Assembly (NCBI GenBank): GCA_035545955.1 | Contig: DASZXI010000057.1 | Coordinates: forward strand, 63,280 to 95,279 | DNA length: 32,000 nucleotides | Source of the DNA: Candidatus Didemnitutus sp. | GTDB lineage: Bacteria; Verrucomicrobiota; Verrucomicrobiia; Opitutales; Opitutaceae | Reading direction: 5' to 3' | Shown here: piece after piece, positions 1 to 8,205 of the stretch | Position numbering within the stretch: the first letter of the stretch is position 1 | How the letters are laid out: every line of letters begins with the position of its first letter | The notes under the pieces: model-generated | Seen by the model: only the letters and a program-made list of their open reading frames with translations | Databases searched by the model: none | What the model was told of the DNA's origin: nothing | Translations under genes and position numbers: made by a program

Positions 1-1
1 C

Positions 2-133
2 AACATCAAGGTGAAGATGACGCGCCTGCGCGGCTCGATCGTTTGCGCGGAGGGCGAGTGCACCGTCAACAATCAGGTGGTTTGCTCCGCGGACCTGATG
101 TTCACCACGGTCGACAGTTCGCAGCTCGACTAG
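2..133 (+). CDS. fabZ: 3-hydroxyacyl-ACP dehydratase FabZ, C-terminal fragment (5' end outside window; could be the tail of an LpxC/FabZ fusion)
   Basis: Open frame from the window edge translates to NIKVKMTRLRGSIVCAEGECTVNNQVVCSADLMFTTVDSSQLD, stop TAG 131-133. FabZ-like hot-dog C-terminus, 3 nt upstream of lpxA (classical fabZ-lpxA linkage). Confidence 0.55.
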   Translation, partial: NIKVKMTRLRGSIVCAEGECTVNNQVVCSADLMFTTVDSSQLD

Positions 134-136
134 TCC

Positions 137-922
137 ATGCCGCAGGAGATTCACCCCACCGCGATCATCGAGGCCGGTGCGCAGCTGGGCGCCGACGTGC
201 GGGTCGGCGCTTACGCCTATGTCGGCCCCAAGGTGAAGCTGGGCGATGGCACCGTGCTGCATCACCACGCCACCGTGGAGGGCCGGACCACCGTCGGTCT
301 CCAGTGCGAGATTTTCCCGTTCACCTGCATCGGGACGAAGACGCACGACTTGAAATTCACCGGCGGCGAGCCCGGTCTCACCATCGGCGACCGCAACGTG
401 TTTCGCGAGTATGTCAGCGTGCACGGCGCCACGAAGGCCGACGAGTACACGGTGGTGGGACACGACAACGTCATCCTCGCCTACAGCCACATCGCGCACG
501 ACTGCATCGTCGGCAACAATCTCGTCATGAGCTCGCAGTCGGCGCTGGCGGGGCACGTCGTCGTGGCCGACAACGTCAACATCGGCTGGGGCGTGGGGGT
601 GCACCAGTTCTGCCGCATCGGCGCCTTCGTGATGCTCGGCGCGATGTCGAAGGTGGTGCAGGACGTGCCACCGTACATCATCGCGGACGGCCTGCCGGCG
701 ATCGCGCGTTCGATCAACAAGATCGGCCTGGAGCGGCAGGGCTTCACCGTGGAGCGGCTCGATGCGGTGAAACAGGCCTTCCGGATTTTTTATCGCGCGG
801 GACTGAATCGCACCCAGGCCTTCGCCCAGATGCACGCGCACCCGCTCGGGAAATCCGCCGATTTTCAGCAGTTTCTCGACTTCGTCGAAAAGAGCGAACG
901 CGGCGTCGTGGCGGGTCGGTAA
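137..922 (+). CDS. lpxA: acyl-ACP--UDP-N-acetylglucosamine O-acyltransferase LpxA
   Basis: 261 aa. N-terminal IHPTAIIEAGAQLGADVRVGAYAYVGPKVKLGDGTVL hexapeptide (left-handed beta-helix) repeats, then the LpxA-type helical C-terminal domain (INKIGLERQGF...AFRIFYRAGL). High GC3. Confidence 0.93.
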   Translation: MPQEIHPTAIIEAGAQLGADVRVGAYAYVGPKVKLGDGTVLHHHATVEGRTTVGLQCEIFPFTCIGTKTHDLKFTGGEPGLTIGDRNVFREYVSVHGATKADEYTVVGHDNVILAYSHIAHDCIVGNNLVMSSQSALAGHVVVADNVNIGWGVGVHQFCRIGAFVMLGAMSKVVQDVPPYIIADGLPAIARSINKIGLERQGFTVERLDAVKQAFRIFYRAGLNRTQAFAQMHAHPLGKSADFQQFLDFVEKSERGVVAGR

Positions 923-930
923 CGATCGGT

Positions 931-1057
931 GTAGGGCGGCATCGCCGAATGCCGCCAATGCTGATTTCACGAAATTGACGCATCCGGTAGGGGACGGCCT
1001 CCGCGCCGGCCTTCTTGCAGCCGCGGAAAGGCGGATGGGGACATCCCGCCCCTACCG
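931..1057. repeat. Intergenic structured repeats: GTAGGGCGG hairpin (931-956) plus a 73 bp unit with termini CGGTAGGGG...CCCCTACCG (985-1057)
   Basis: Stem GGCGGCAT (935-942) pairs with ATGCCGCC (949-956). The unit CGGTAGGGGACGGCCTCCGCGCCGGCC...GAAAGGCGGATGGGGACATCCCGCCCCTACCG closely matches 26047-26115 and partially matches 3892-3920. Confidence 0.7.
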
Positions 1058-1089
1058 ATATTCGAACTTCGCGGGCGACCCAGGCGACG

Positions 1090-1404
1090 TCACGTGATGC
1101 CGGCACCGCCCAGCTGTCGCAACAGCTCGTATGAATACAATCCGGTCCGGTGGCTGTCGCTGAAATCGAAGCGCAGCGCGTAGTTTCCCACGCGCTCCCA
1201 TCCGAGCACCTCCACGCCGACGAAATTCTTCGGCGCATCGCCGCCATACTGATGTCCGAAGATGTCCCGCTCGCCCCGGGTTTCCGCGCTCGGCGAGGCC
1301 GCGCGGAGCGTGGCGAAGGTGATGAAACTTTCGCGGCCATCGTTCCAGCGAATCGCCACCTCGGTGCCGATCAGTTGCACCTCCTCCGGTTTCAGAGTGT
1401 CCAT
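1090..1404 (-). CDS. DUF971 (gamma-butyrobetaine hydroxylase-like N-terminal) domain protein
   Basis: 104 aa. The pattern VAIRWNDGRESFITFATLRAASPSAE...YALRFDFSDSHRTGLYSYELLRQL resembles the DUF971 family as I remember it. High GC3. Confidence 0.7.
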   Translation of the reverse strand: MDTLKPEEVQLIGTEVAIRWNDGRESFITFATLRAASPSAETRGERDIFGHQYGGDAPKNFVGVEVLGWERVGNYALRFDFSDSHRTGLYSYELLRQLGGAGIT

Positions 1405-1448
1405 GGCGAGTCAGGTCAAGGGGTGAAACGCGACGTCCCGGCGTGCTC

Positions 1449-2231
1449 TCAATAACCGCCTCGACCGATTTCGGCGGTCTTCGCGGTGGCGCTGTCCTGA
1501 GTCGCTTCCCGCCGGCGGAACTCATCGAGCATGGCGGCGGTCGCGGTGGCACCGCAACGCGTGCAGCCCAGGTTTTTGACCAGAATCAATCCGTCGAGAT
1601 CGCGCACCCCGCCGGCGGCCTTCACCTGTACCTTCGGCGAGCACGCGGCCCGCATGAGTCTCAAGTCATGTTCGGTCGCGCCCTGGTACGAATACTTGCC
1701 GTCAGCGCCCTTCACGAAACCGTAGCCGGTCGAGGTTTTCACCCAGTCGGCCCCCGCGCGTTCGGAAATCTCGCACAATCGGCGCTTCAATCCGTCGCCA
1801 TCGAGTCCGGCGCCGCCCTGGCCGAGATAGTCATTCTCGAAGATCACCTTCACCTTCGCGCCATGGCGGTGCGCCTCGTCGCACACGGCGCGGATGTCGG
1901 CCTCGACAAACGCGAAGTCGCCGCCGAGCGCCTTGCCGATGTTGATCACCATGTCGATTTCGACGGCGCCGTCCTGACAGGCCGCGGCGGTCTCGAGGCG
2001 CTTGACCTCGGTGCTGCTGTTGCCATGGGGAAAACCGATCACCGCGCCGACCTTCACGCCGGAACCGGCAAGCAGTTCCACCGCTCGCCGCACGGCGTAC
2101 GGCTTGATGCAGACGGACGCGACGCGATATCTCACGGCGAGGCGGCAGCCGGCCTCGAGTTCCGCGTCGGTCATCGTCGGATGCAGGAGCGAGTGATCTA
2201 TCGTCTGGGCGATGTCGTCGTAGGAATACAT
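1449..2231 (-). CDS. deoC: deoxyribose-phosphate aldolase
   Basis: 260 aa. IDHSLLHP start, VCIKPY, VIGFPHG, EIDMVINIG and the Schiff-base lysine region WVKTSTGYGF are characteristic of DeoC class I aldolase. Confidence 0.92.
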   Translation of the reverse strand: MYSYDDIAQTIDHSLLHPTMTDAELEAGCRLAVRYRVASVCIKPYAVRRAVELLAGSGVKVGAVIGFPHGNSSTEVKRLETAAACQDGAVEIDMVINIGKALGGDFAFVEADIRAVCDEAHRHGAKVKVIFENDYLGQGGAGLDGDGLKRRLCEISERAGADWVKTSTGYGFVKGADGKYSYQGATEHDLRLMRAACSPKVQVKAAGGVRDLDGLILVKNLGCTRCGATATAAMLDEFRRREATQDSATAKTAEIGRGGY

Positions 2232-2395
2232 GACGATGAAAGTGTCGTGGGGGTCACGGGCAGAATCGACGCAAATAATCCGGCGACTTACGGGTGCGCA
2301 AGAATTTCGCGGCGGGTGATTGCCTGATTCGGCGGAACCGGTAGTTCCGTCCCCGAGTCACTAAGTCCGCCGCCCCCTTGGGTCGGCCCGTCCCC

Positions 2396-3817
2396 ATGCG
2401 CCTTTCGATTCCCGTCCTGTTTTGTGCCTTTGCCGTTTCCCTTTCGGCCGTGGTGCCCGCGCCCTCGGTCGGGCGCGAGGCCTCGGGCATGTACGCGCAG
2501 CTGTGCAGCGGCTGCCACGGCGAGAAACTCGAGGGCGGGAAGGCGCCCACGTTGCTCGGCCCGACGTTTCGTCACGGCGGGGACGACGCCAGCCTGCTGC
2601 GGTCGATCCTCGAGGGCTATCCCGCCTCCGAAATGCCGGCGTTCAAGGCGACGGTCAGCGCGCCCGAGGCGCGGGCGCTGATCACGTTCATCCACGAAAC
2701 GCGCATCCACAGTCGCGATCCGCAGCCCAGCAAATCGGAGGCTTTGCCCACCGGCGTGCAGCACAGCGAGAAACATTCCTATCGGCTCGAGTCGATCGCG
2801 GAAGGACTCGACGTGCCGTGGTCGATCGCGTTCCTGCCGGACGATCGCATCCTGGTCACCGAACGCGTCGGCCGGTTGCGCGTGATCGATCATGGAAAAC
2901 TGCTGCCCGACGCGATCGCTGGCATTCCGAAGGTCGTGGTGCGCGACGAAGCCGGACTGATGTCAGTCGTGGCTCATCCCGATTTTGCGCACAACGGCTG
3001 GGTCTATCTCTCGTTCGTCGATCCCGGGGAAGGGGAGAAGGCGATGACCAAAATCGTGCGGGGCCGCATTCGGGAGGGCAAATGGGTGGACGAGGAGACG
3101 ATCTACTCCATTCCAAGGGACCAGTACCCCGAGGGCTATTCGCTGTTCGGCTGCCGCCTCGTTTTTTCGGGAGAATATCTTTACTTCAGCGTCGGCGAGC
3201 GCGGCATCACCGGCGATGCGCAAAAGCTGGACCGATCCAACGGCAAGATTCACCGCATTTTTGCCGACGGGAAAATTCCGCCCGACAATCCCTACGTGCG
3301 CGAGTCGGGTGCGTTCGCGTCCGTTTACGCGATTGGAGTGCGCAATCCGCAGGGCCTGGCGATCGACCCGCGCGACGGCGCACTGTGGGAGTCGGAGCAT
3401 GGGCCGCGAGGCGGTGACGAACTCAACTGGATCCGCGCCGGACGGAACTACGGGTGGCCCGTCATCACCTACGGCATGAACTACGATGGCACGGCGATTA
3501 CGGACAAGACGGAGGCGCCCGGTATGGAGCAGCCGGTGCTGCACTGGACGCCGTCGATTGCGACGAGCGAGATTGAATTTTATCGCGGCGAACGCTTTCC
3601 GCAATGGAAGGGCAATCTGTTTCTCGGCTCGCTCGCACAGCAGAAGCTGTTGCGCATCGAGATCGGACCGGATCACCAGGCGGCACACGTCGAGGAGATC
3701 TTCAAGCATCTCGGCCGGATTCGCGACATCAAGACCGGCCCCGATGGTTTGCTTTACCTGGCGCTCGAACTCGTCGGCCAGCCCGGTCGCATCGCCCGGT
3801 TCGTGCCGGCGGATTGA
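2396..3817 (+). CDS. PQQ-dependent sugar dehydrogenase (GSDH/sorbosone dehydrogenase family) with N-terminal cytochrome c domain
   Basis: Signal-like N-terminus MRLSIPVLFCAFAVSLSA. Heme-c motif CSGCHG. Beta-propeller signature VPWSIAFLPDDRILVTERVGRLRVI, plus GWPVITYG. The ORF track starts at TTG 2378; ATG 2396 is preferred. Confidence 0.85.
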   Translation: MRLSIPVLFCAFAVSLSAVVPAPSVGREASGMYAQLCSGCHGEKLEGGKAPTLLGPTFRHGGDDASLLRSILEGYPASEMPAFKATVSAPEARALITFIHETRIHSRDPQPSKSEALPTGVQHSEKHSYRLESIAEGLDVPWSIAFLPDDRILVTERVGRLRVIDHGKLLPDAIAGIPKVVVRDEAGLMSVVAHPDFAHNGWVYLSFVDPGEGEKAMTKIVRGRIREGKWVDEETIYSIPRDQYPEGYSLFGCRLVFSGEYLYFSVGERGITGDAQKLDRSNGKIHRIFADGKIPPDNPYVRESGAFASVYAIGVRNPQGLAIDPRDGALWESEHGPRGGDELNWIRAGRNYGWPVITYGMNYDGTAITDKTEAPGMEQPVLHWTPSIATSEIEFYRGERFPQWKGNLFLGSLAQQKLLRIEIGPDHQAAHVEEIFKHLGRIRDIKTGPDGLLYLALELVGQPGRIARFVPAD

Positions 3818-3859
3818 TCAGGATGCAGGGCGAGCAAATCCGTCCGACATCGGGCCGAT

Positions 3860-4016
3860 GAGACATCGTCCCCTACCGGCCACGAACCTGGTCGGTAGGG
3901 GACGGCGTTCCGCCGGCCTTTCGCTGATAAGCGAAATGCACGGACACTGGACGCATCGAGGACAATGCATTCGACCTCGGCGGGTCCGGCGTAGGGCGGA
4001 GTCTCCGAACCCCGCC
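3860..4016. repeat. Intergenic copies of the CCCCTACC/GGTAGGGG repeat family plus a GTAGGGCGG hairpin
   Basis: GAGACATCGTCCCCTACCGG (3860-3879), TCGGTAGGGGACGGCGTTCCGCCGGCC (3892-3918) and GTAGGGCGGAGTCTCCGAACCCCGCC (3991-4016). Same modules as at 931-1057 and 26003-26159. Confidence 0.6.
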
Positions 4017-4190
4017 TTTGAATTCCGGAATGTGTCACGCGAAAGCTCGCGAAATTACGCGAAGCGATGAATCGAATAAACGACTCACCCCGATCCGGTC
4101 ATGAATTCGTGCCGGGTTCATCCTCCTTGCGCTGATCGCCGGACGCAGCAGAGTGGCTATCGACGCTCGATTGAACTGACTTTGCCGGAA

Positions 4191-4511
4191 ATGCCTAACG
4201 TCGCCCCCTACTGGTTCGGAATGCTCTCCGATTGTCTTGCCGCCGCGGAGCGCGAACAGGCGGGCTCGCACTGCCCGGTGGTCGATCACGAGATCGTGAC
4301 GCCGCTCGTCGGCGGACCGGAGGATGTCACGGTATGGTGCGTGTGCCGCACGCCCTCCGAAAAACGGCGGTTTGTCGACACCGAGCGCACCCGTTTCGTC
4401 TCGGCACTGAAGCGGCAGCTTTTGACCGCGGGATTTCCGGAAAATGCGCTGGCCTCTCTGGATGTCCGCGTGACCTCGCGGGGCGAGGTTCTCGCTCCGG
4501 GTTTTCGCTGA
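4191..4511 (+). CDS. hypothetical protein
   Basis: 106 aa from ATG 4191 (the ORF track begins at 4101). Consistently high GC3. No family recognised. Confidence 0.5.
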   Translation: MPNVAPYWFGMLSDCLAAAEREQAGSHCPVVDHEIVTPLVGGPEDVTVWCVCRTPSEKRRFVDTERTRFVSALKRQLLTAGFPENALASLDVRVTSRGEVLAPGFR

Positions 4512-4549
4512 GAGTCGACGTCTTAAATTCATTCAATCCCCGGCAATCC

Positions 4550-5044
4550 ATGAATGCGAATACCTCCAAAATTGTGCCTTGTCTGTGGTACAACGGCGAT
4601 GCCGAGGAAGCGGTTGCCTTTGTCGTTTCCCTGGTGCCCGGCTCGTCGATCACCAAGGTTTTTCGCTCGCCGACGGACACGCCGAGTGGTCCGGCGGGAA
4701 AGGTCCTGACGGTCGAATTCACGCTTGGCGGAAGCCAATTTCTGGCGCTGAACGGCGGTCCCCAGTTCTCGTTTACTCCGGCGGTGTCGTTTCAGATTCA
4801 CTGCGACAACCAGGCCGAGGTGGATCGGATCTGGGCGGCGATCCTGAAGAATGGCGGCAAGGAAATGGCCTGCAGCTGGATCACCGATCGTTGGGGCCTG
4901 GCCTGGCAGATCGTCCCGCGCCGGCTGACGCAATTGCTCGCCGATCCCGACACCTCGAAAGCGAAGCGGGTGATGGAGGCGATGATGGAAATGGTGAAGA
5001 TCGACATCGCCGGACTCGAGCGCGCGGCGGATGCGGGTTCATAG
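4550..5044 (+). CDS. VOC-superfamily protein (PhnB/YjdN-like, 3-demethylubiquinone-9 3-methyltransferase-domain family)
   Basis: 164 aa from ATG 4550. KIVPCLWYNGDAEEAVAFV, FTLGGSQFLALNGGP, ITDRWGLAWQIVP and MEAMMEMVKIDIAGLE match this family. The upstream extension to 4232 in the ORF track is Arg-rich and overlaps the preceding gene. Confidence 0.85.
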   Translation: MNANTSKIVPCLWYNGDAEEAVAFVVSLVPGSSITKVFRSPTDTPSGPAGKVLTVEFTLGGSQFLALNGGPQFSFTPAVSFQIHCDNQAEVDRIWAAILKNGGKEMACSWITDRWGLAWQIVPRRLTQLLADPDTSKAKRVMEAMMEMVKIDIAGLERAADAGS

Positions 5045-5120
5045 CCGTCCTCGTGGGCGCGGCATTGCGCCGCGAAAGGCGTCCCTCCGACGGCGGACTG
5101 AAACGATGGAGGCTGCGCGC

Positions 5121-5753
5121 CTATCGTTTGACCGCTCCGATATGAATTCCGGAAGTTCCGCCCGACGGCTCCCAATAGAGTGCATCGACTCCCGTCCGCC
5201 GGATTTGGGCGCGCATCGCTTTGAATTCATTTTCCGAGGCGGGATCGCTTAGTTCCTCGAGGCGGGTCAGGTCGTCGAACCTGGTCAGGATTTCCAGTCG
5301 CTCTGATTCGCGATACAGCGCCAACGCCTCCGCATCGCTCGGATGCCAGCCGTTGAGAATGCTTAGGAAGTTGAAATAGTAAGCGCCAAGCTGGGCGAGC
5401 GGACCGAATGTGGCGCGATAAAGAGGGGTGGTGAATTTCCGGCGCGCATACTGCAGTCGCCCGAAATCCGTGAGCATTTCCTTTTCGTCGGGAAGATCCC
5501 GGCGCGGTTGCACGACGAAGGACGGCAATTGCACGATTTCGCCAAAGTCGCCCGAGGCGAAAATTGGCGAACCCCGGGTCGGAGACGCGAGGGGTTTCGG
5601 GCGGGCTCCTTCGTACTGAAATCCAAGGAGTGCCGGCGACAGGATCGTAGGTTTCCCGTTCGTCCCCTGCGGCGGCTCGATTGCGTCAGGCGGCGCCGCT
5701 CGGGCGAGCAGTGAAATGGCGATTATCCCAAAACTGAGGGCGGGGCGGAGCAT
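5121..5753 (-). CDS. hypothetical secreted protein
   Basis: 210 aa. N-terminal signal-like MLRPALSFGIIAISLLARAAPP. High GC3. No family recognised. Confidence 0.55.
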   Translation of the reverse strand: MLRPALSFGIIAISLLARAAPPDAIEPPQGTNGKPTILSPALLGFQYEGARPKPLASPTRGSPIFASGDFGEIVQLPSFVVQPRRDLPDEKEMLTDFGRLQYARRKFTTPLYRATFGPLAQLGAYYFNFLSILNGWHPSDAEALALYRESERLEILTRFDDLTRLEELSDPASENEFKAMRAQIRRTGVDALYWEPSGGTSGIHIGAVKR

Positions 5754-6196
5754 CAGTCTTCCTCGATCACGGATGTAGCTGATCCAAGACCGTCGTCTTC
5801 AAGAGTTGTTTCCTGTGGCGCAGGGACGCGACGTCAGCCCGGTCGGATTCGAGCGTACGAATCCGGTGGCGATGGCTGATGCTGGATCCGACGAGGTCGT
5901 TGGGAGCGGACGGATTGGGGGGACAGACTCCGTTTTCGACGAGCCGATTGGGGAGCGGATGGGGTGCGAGTGCTGGCAGGACGGGGGACTGGCCGCGTTC
6001 CTCGGATCGAACAGGGACAGACTATGTTCGGGCCGATCTGGTGAGCGGCTAAAGGGACAGGCTATGTTCGAGACTGCCGGAGCCGGGGCATTACCGGATC
6101 AAGGGGGAGAGGTGGCAGTGACCGCTGATAGCACCCGGTCAGTCAATAATTTGTGAACAAGTTTTTGCGTTTTGAGGCCGGTATTTTCTTGATCTT

Positions 6197-6232
6197 GTGG
6201 GAGTAGATGGAGTGAAATGGGGCGTTCTGGGG
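6197..6232 (+). promoter_or_regulatory. Candidate MraZ operator: four TGG(G/A) boxes at exact 10 bp spacing
   Basis: GTGGGAGTAG ATGGAGTGAA ATGGGGCGTT CTGGGGG, with TGG starting at 6198, 6208, 6218 and 6228. It sits 26-60 bp upstream of the mraZ ATG and just downstream of the only AT-rich stretch (6140-6195). It resembles the phased TGGGN/GTGGG repeats bound by MraZ in E. coli and Bacillus. Confidence 0.5.
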
Positions 6233-6257
6233 GAAAGGGCGCCCTCGGACCCTTTTC

Positions 6258-6710
6258 ATGGCGAATGTTGGCACAACCGTTTACTCGGGGCGTTTTGAGC
6301 ACACGCTCGACGACAAGAATCGTCTCACGATTCCGTCGGCCTGGCGCTGGGCGCATACCGACACGGAGACGTTTCTCGCCATCCCGCACCCCGATGCGTA
6401 CATCGCGGTGCTGCCGCCGGCCCGCGTGGCGAAGTTGCTCGCGCAGGTTTCCGAGATGCGTCTGTCCGACCGCGAAGCGCAGGCCGTGAAAGCCCGCATT
6501 TTCGCCGACGCGCTTTCCTTTACCTTCGACAAGCAGGGCCGCTTCGGCGTCAGCAGCGACCTGCTGCGTCACGCCGCCATCAGCCGCGATGCCGTGCTTT
6601 GCGGCATGGGCGACACCTTCAACATCATGAGCGCCGCGCGCTGGAAGGACCTCCAGGCGAGCACGGCCGGCGAAAACTTCGGCGACATGATGCGCCGCAT
6701 CGGCCTCTGA
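6258..6710 (+). CDS. mraZ: division/cell wall cluster transcriptional regulator MraZ
   Basis: 150 aa. Two SpoVT-AbrB halves with DXXXR motifs (DDKNRLTIPSAWR and DKQGRFGVSSDL). First gene of the dcw cluster. Confidence 0.95.
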   Translation: MANVGTTVYSGRFEHTLDDKNRLTIPSAWRWAHTDTETFLAIPHPDAYIAVLPPARVAKLLAQVSEMRLSDREAQAVKARIFADALSFTFDKQGRFGVSSDLLRHAAISRDAVLCGMGDTFNIMSAARWKDLQASTAGENFGDMMRRIGL

Positions 6711-6829
6711 GCCGCCACCCCTTATGACCATCCGTCCCCAAGTTCTGCTCAAGCTCGCGGCGATCACCCCCGTCCGCCGCCGTTTCGGTCGCACCGCTTC
6801 CCGCTGGGCCTCGACGCGCGCCAAGGCCA

Positions 6830-7792
6830 ATGGCCGTTCCCGTCCAGTCTGAGCCGCACCCGCCGGCCATGGCCAATCCTGGGCATCTCCCGGTTCTGCG
6901 CCAGGAGGTGCTCGAATTCCTCGCGCCCCGCGTGGGGAAACGAATTCTCGATGGCACGTTTGGGGGAGGGGGCCACACCCGGGCGCTGCTCGAGGCGGGC
7001 GCGGAAGTTGTCGCGCTGGATCGCGATCCCGCCGCGCTCGAGCGCGCCGCTGCGGTGCGGTCGGAATACCCCGGCCGCTTCCGTATCCTCGATCTGAATT
7101 TCGGCGACCTCGCGTCGCTGGCCGGCCAATCCTTCGACGGCATCCTCTTCGATCTCGGCGTGTCCTCGTTTCAGCTCGACGAGGCGGACCGCGGGTTTGC
7201 ATTTCGCCACGACGCCCCCGCCGACATGCGCATGGACCCGCGTGGTGGCCTTCCGGCGGCTCGTTGGCTCGAGGTGACCGACCACGACGCCCTGGTCGAG
7301 GCAATTCGCGATTTCGGCGAGGAGAAAAGCTGGCGTCGGGTCGTGTCGGCGATCGAGTCCGCGCGCGGCACCGGCCGGCTGGCTCGTACCGCTTCGCTGG
7401 CGGAAGTGATTGCGGACGCTATTCCCGCGGCGCTGAAGCGGGAGAGCCGCATTCATCCGGCCACGCGCTCGTTCCAGGGCATCCGCATGGCGGTGAACGA
7501 CGAGATTGGCGCGATCGAACGCGCGCTGCCCGCGGCCTTGTCGCTTCTGGCGCCCGAGGGCGTCCTCGCCGTGATCAGCTTTCATTCCCTCGAGGACCGG
7601 CCGGTGAAGCAATATTTCCGCCGCGCCTGCGGACTGCCGGTGGATGCGAGCGACGCCACGCCGCAGCAGTTGCGGACGCGCACGGCCGAGTTGCTCACGC
7701 GCAAGCCGGTCACGCCGTCGGACGCCGAACTTTCCGTCAATCCCCGCAGCCGTTCCGCCAAGCTTCGCGCCCTGCGCAAACTGCCCCTCTGA
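6830..7792 (+). CDS. rsmH: 16S rRNA (cytosine1402-N4)-methyltransferase RsmH (MraW)
   Basis: [16 protein letters not shown]-binding [29 protein letters not shown]. An alternative ATG at 6869 ([10 protein letters not shown]) is equally plausible. Confidence 0.92.
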   Translation: MAVPVQSEPHPPAMANPGHLPVLRQEVLEFLAPRVGKRILDGTFGGGGHTRALLEAGAEVVALDRDPAALERAAAVRSEYPGRFRILDLNFGDLASLAGQSFDGILFDLGVSSFQLDEADRGFAFRHDAPADMRMDPRGGLPAARWLEVTDHDALVEAIRDFGEEKSWRRVVSAIESARGTGRLARTASLAEVIADAIPAALKRESRIHPATRSFQGIRMAVNDEIGAIERALPAALSLLAPEGVLAVISFHSLEDRPVKQYFRRACGLPVDASDATPQQLRTRTAELLTRKPVTPSDAELSVNPRSRSAKLRALRKLPL

Positions 7793-8202
7793 TGAAACCC
7801 CCGCCTGCCAACGCGATCGTCAACCAGCTCGTGGCCCACACCCTCGGCCTCTTTGTCTTCGGCGGCTCCCTCGGCCTCGGTGCCGTCTGGATGCGCCAGG
7901 AGATCTTCTCGACCGCGAACCGCAACCGCACCCTCGAAATGAAAATCGCGGACGCGGACCGCCGGCTCGACGAGATCAGCGCCGAGGTCGCCACGGCCAT
8001 GAATCCCGAGTCGCTTTTGACCCGCAACACGAGCCTGCGCCTCGCGCTCGCCGCGCCGAAGGAGCCCCAGGTCATGCGGGTCAACGAGTCGCCCGAGCTG
8101 CGGCTCTCGGCCAAGCACAATCGCGAGATCTTTTCGGTCAACCGCTCCGACGAGCGGCCCGAGTCGGTTTCCTTCCAGATCGTCCCCGCCTCCTTCCGCT
8201 AG
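7792..8202 (+). CDS. ftsL: FtsL-like cell division protein (single TM helix plus coiled coil)
   Basis: 136 aa. The ATG overlaps the rsmH stop (TGATG). TM segment LVAHTLGLFVFGGSLGLGAVW followed by a coiled-coil-like RNRTLEMKIADADRRLDEISAEV. Sits in the canonical position between rsmH and ftsI. Assignment is by position and topology, not sequence identity. Confidence 0.65.
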   Translation: MKPPPANAIVNQLVAHTLGLFVFGGSLGLGAVWMRQEIFSTANRNRTLEMKIADADRRLDEISAEVATAMNPESLLTRNTSLRLALAAPKEPQVMRVNESPELRLSAKHNREIFSVNRSDERPESVSFQIVPASFR

Positions 8203-8205
8203 ACC

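Noticed and set aside
43-978. 311-aa ORF on the + strand overlapping lpxA in another frame
   Set aside because: The translation is extremely Arg/Gly/His-rich and low-complexity, and it overlaps the well-supported lpxA frame. This is a typical off-frame artefact of high-GC DNA.
5806-6156. 116-aa ORF (TTG start) in the dcw leader
   Set aside because: Third-position GC is clearly lower than in neighbouring genes. It has a non-ATG start, no family resemblance, and it spans the direct repeats. It is treated as non-coding leader.
6724-6852. 42-codon basic ORF ([21 protein letters not shown]...) in the mraZ-rsmH gap
   Set aside because: GC3 is fairly high, but the peptide is short and Arg-rich, overlaps the possible rsmH start and has no support beyond being open. 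I cannot support it as a gene.
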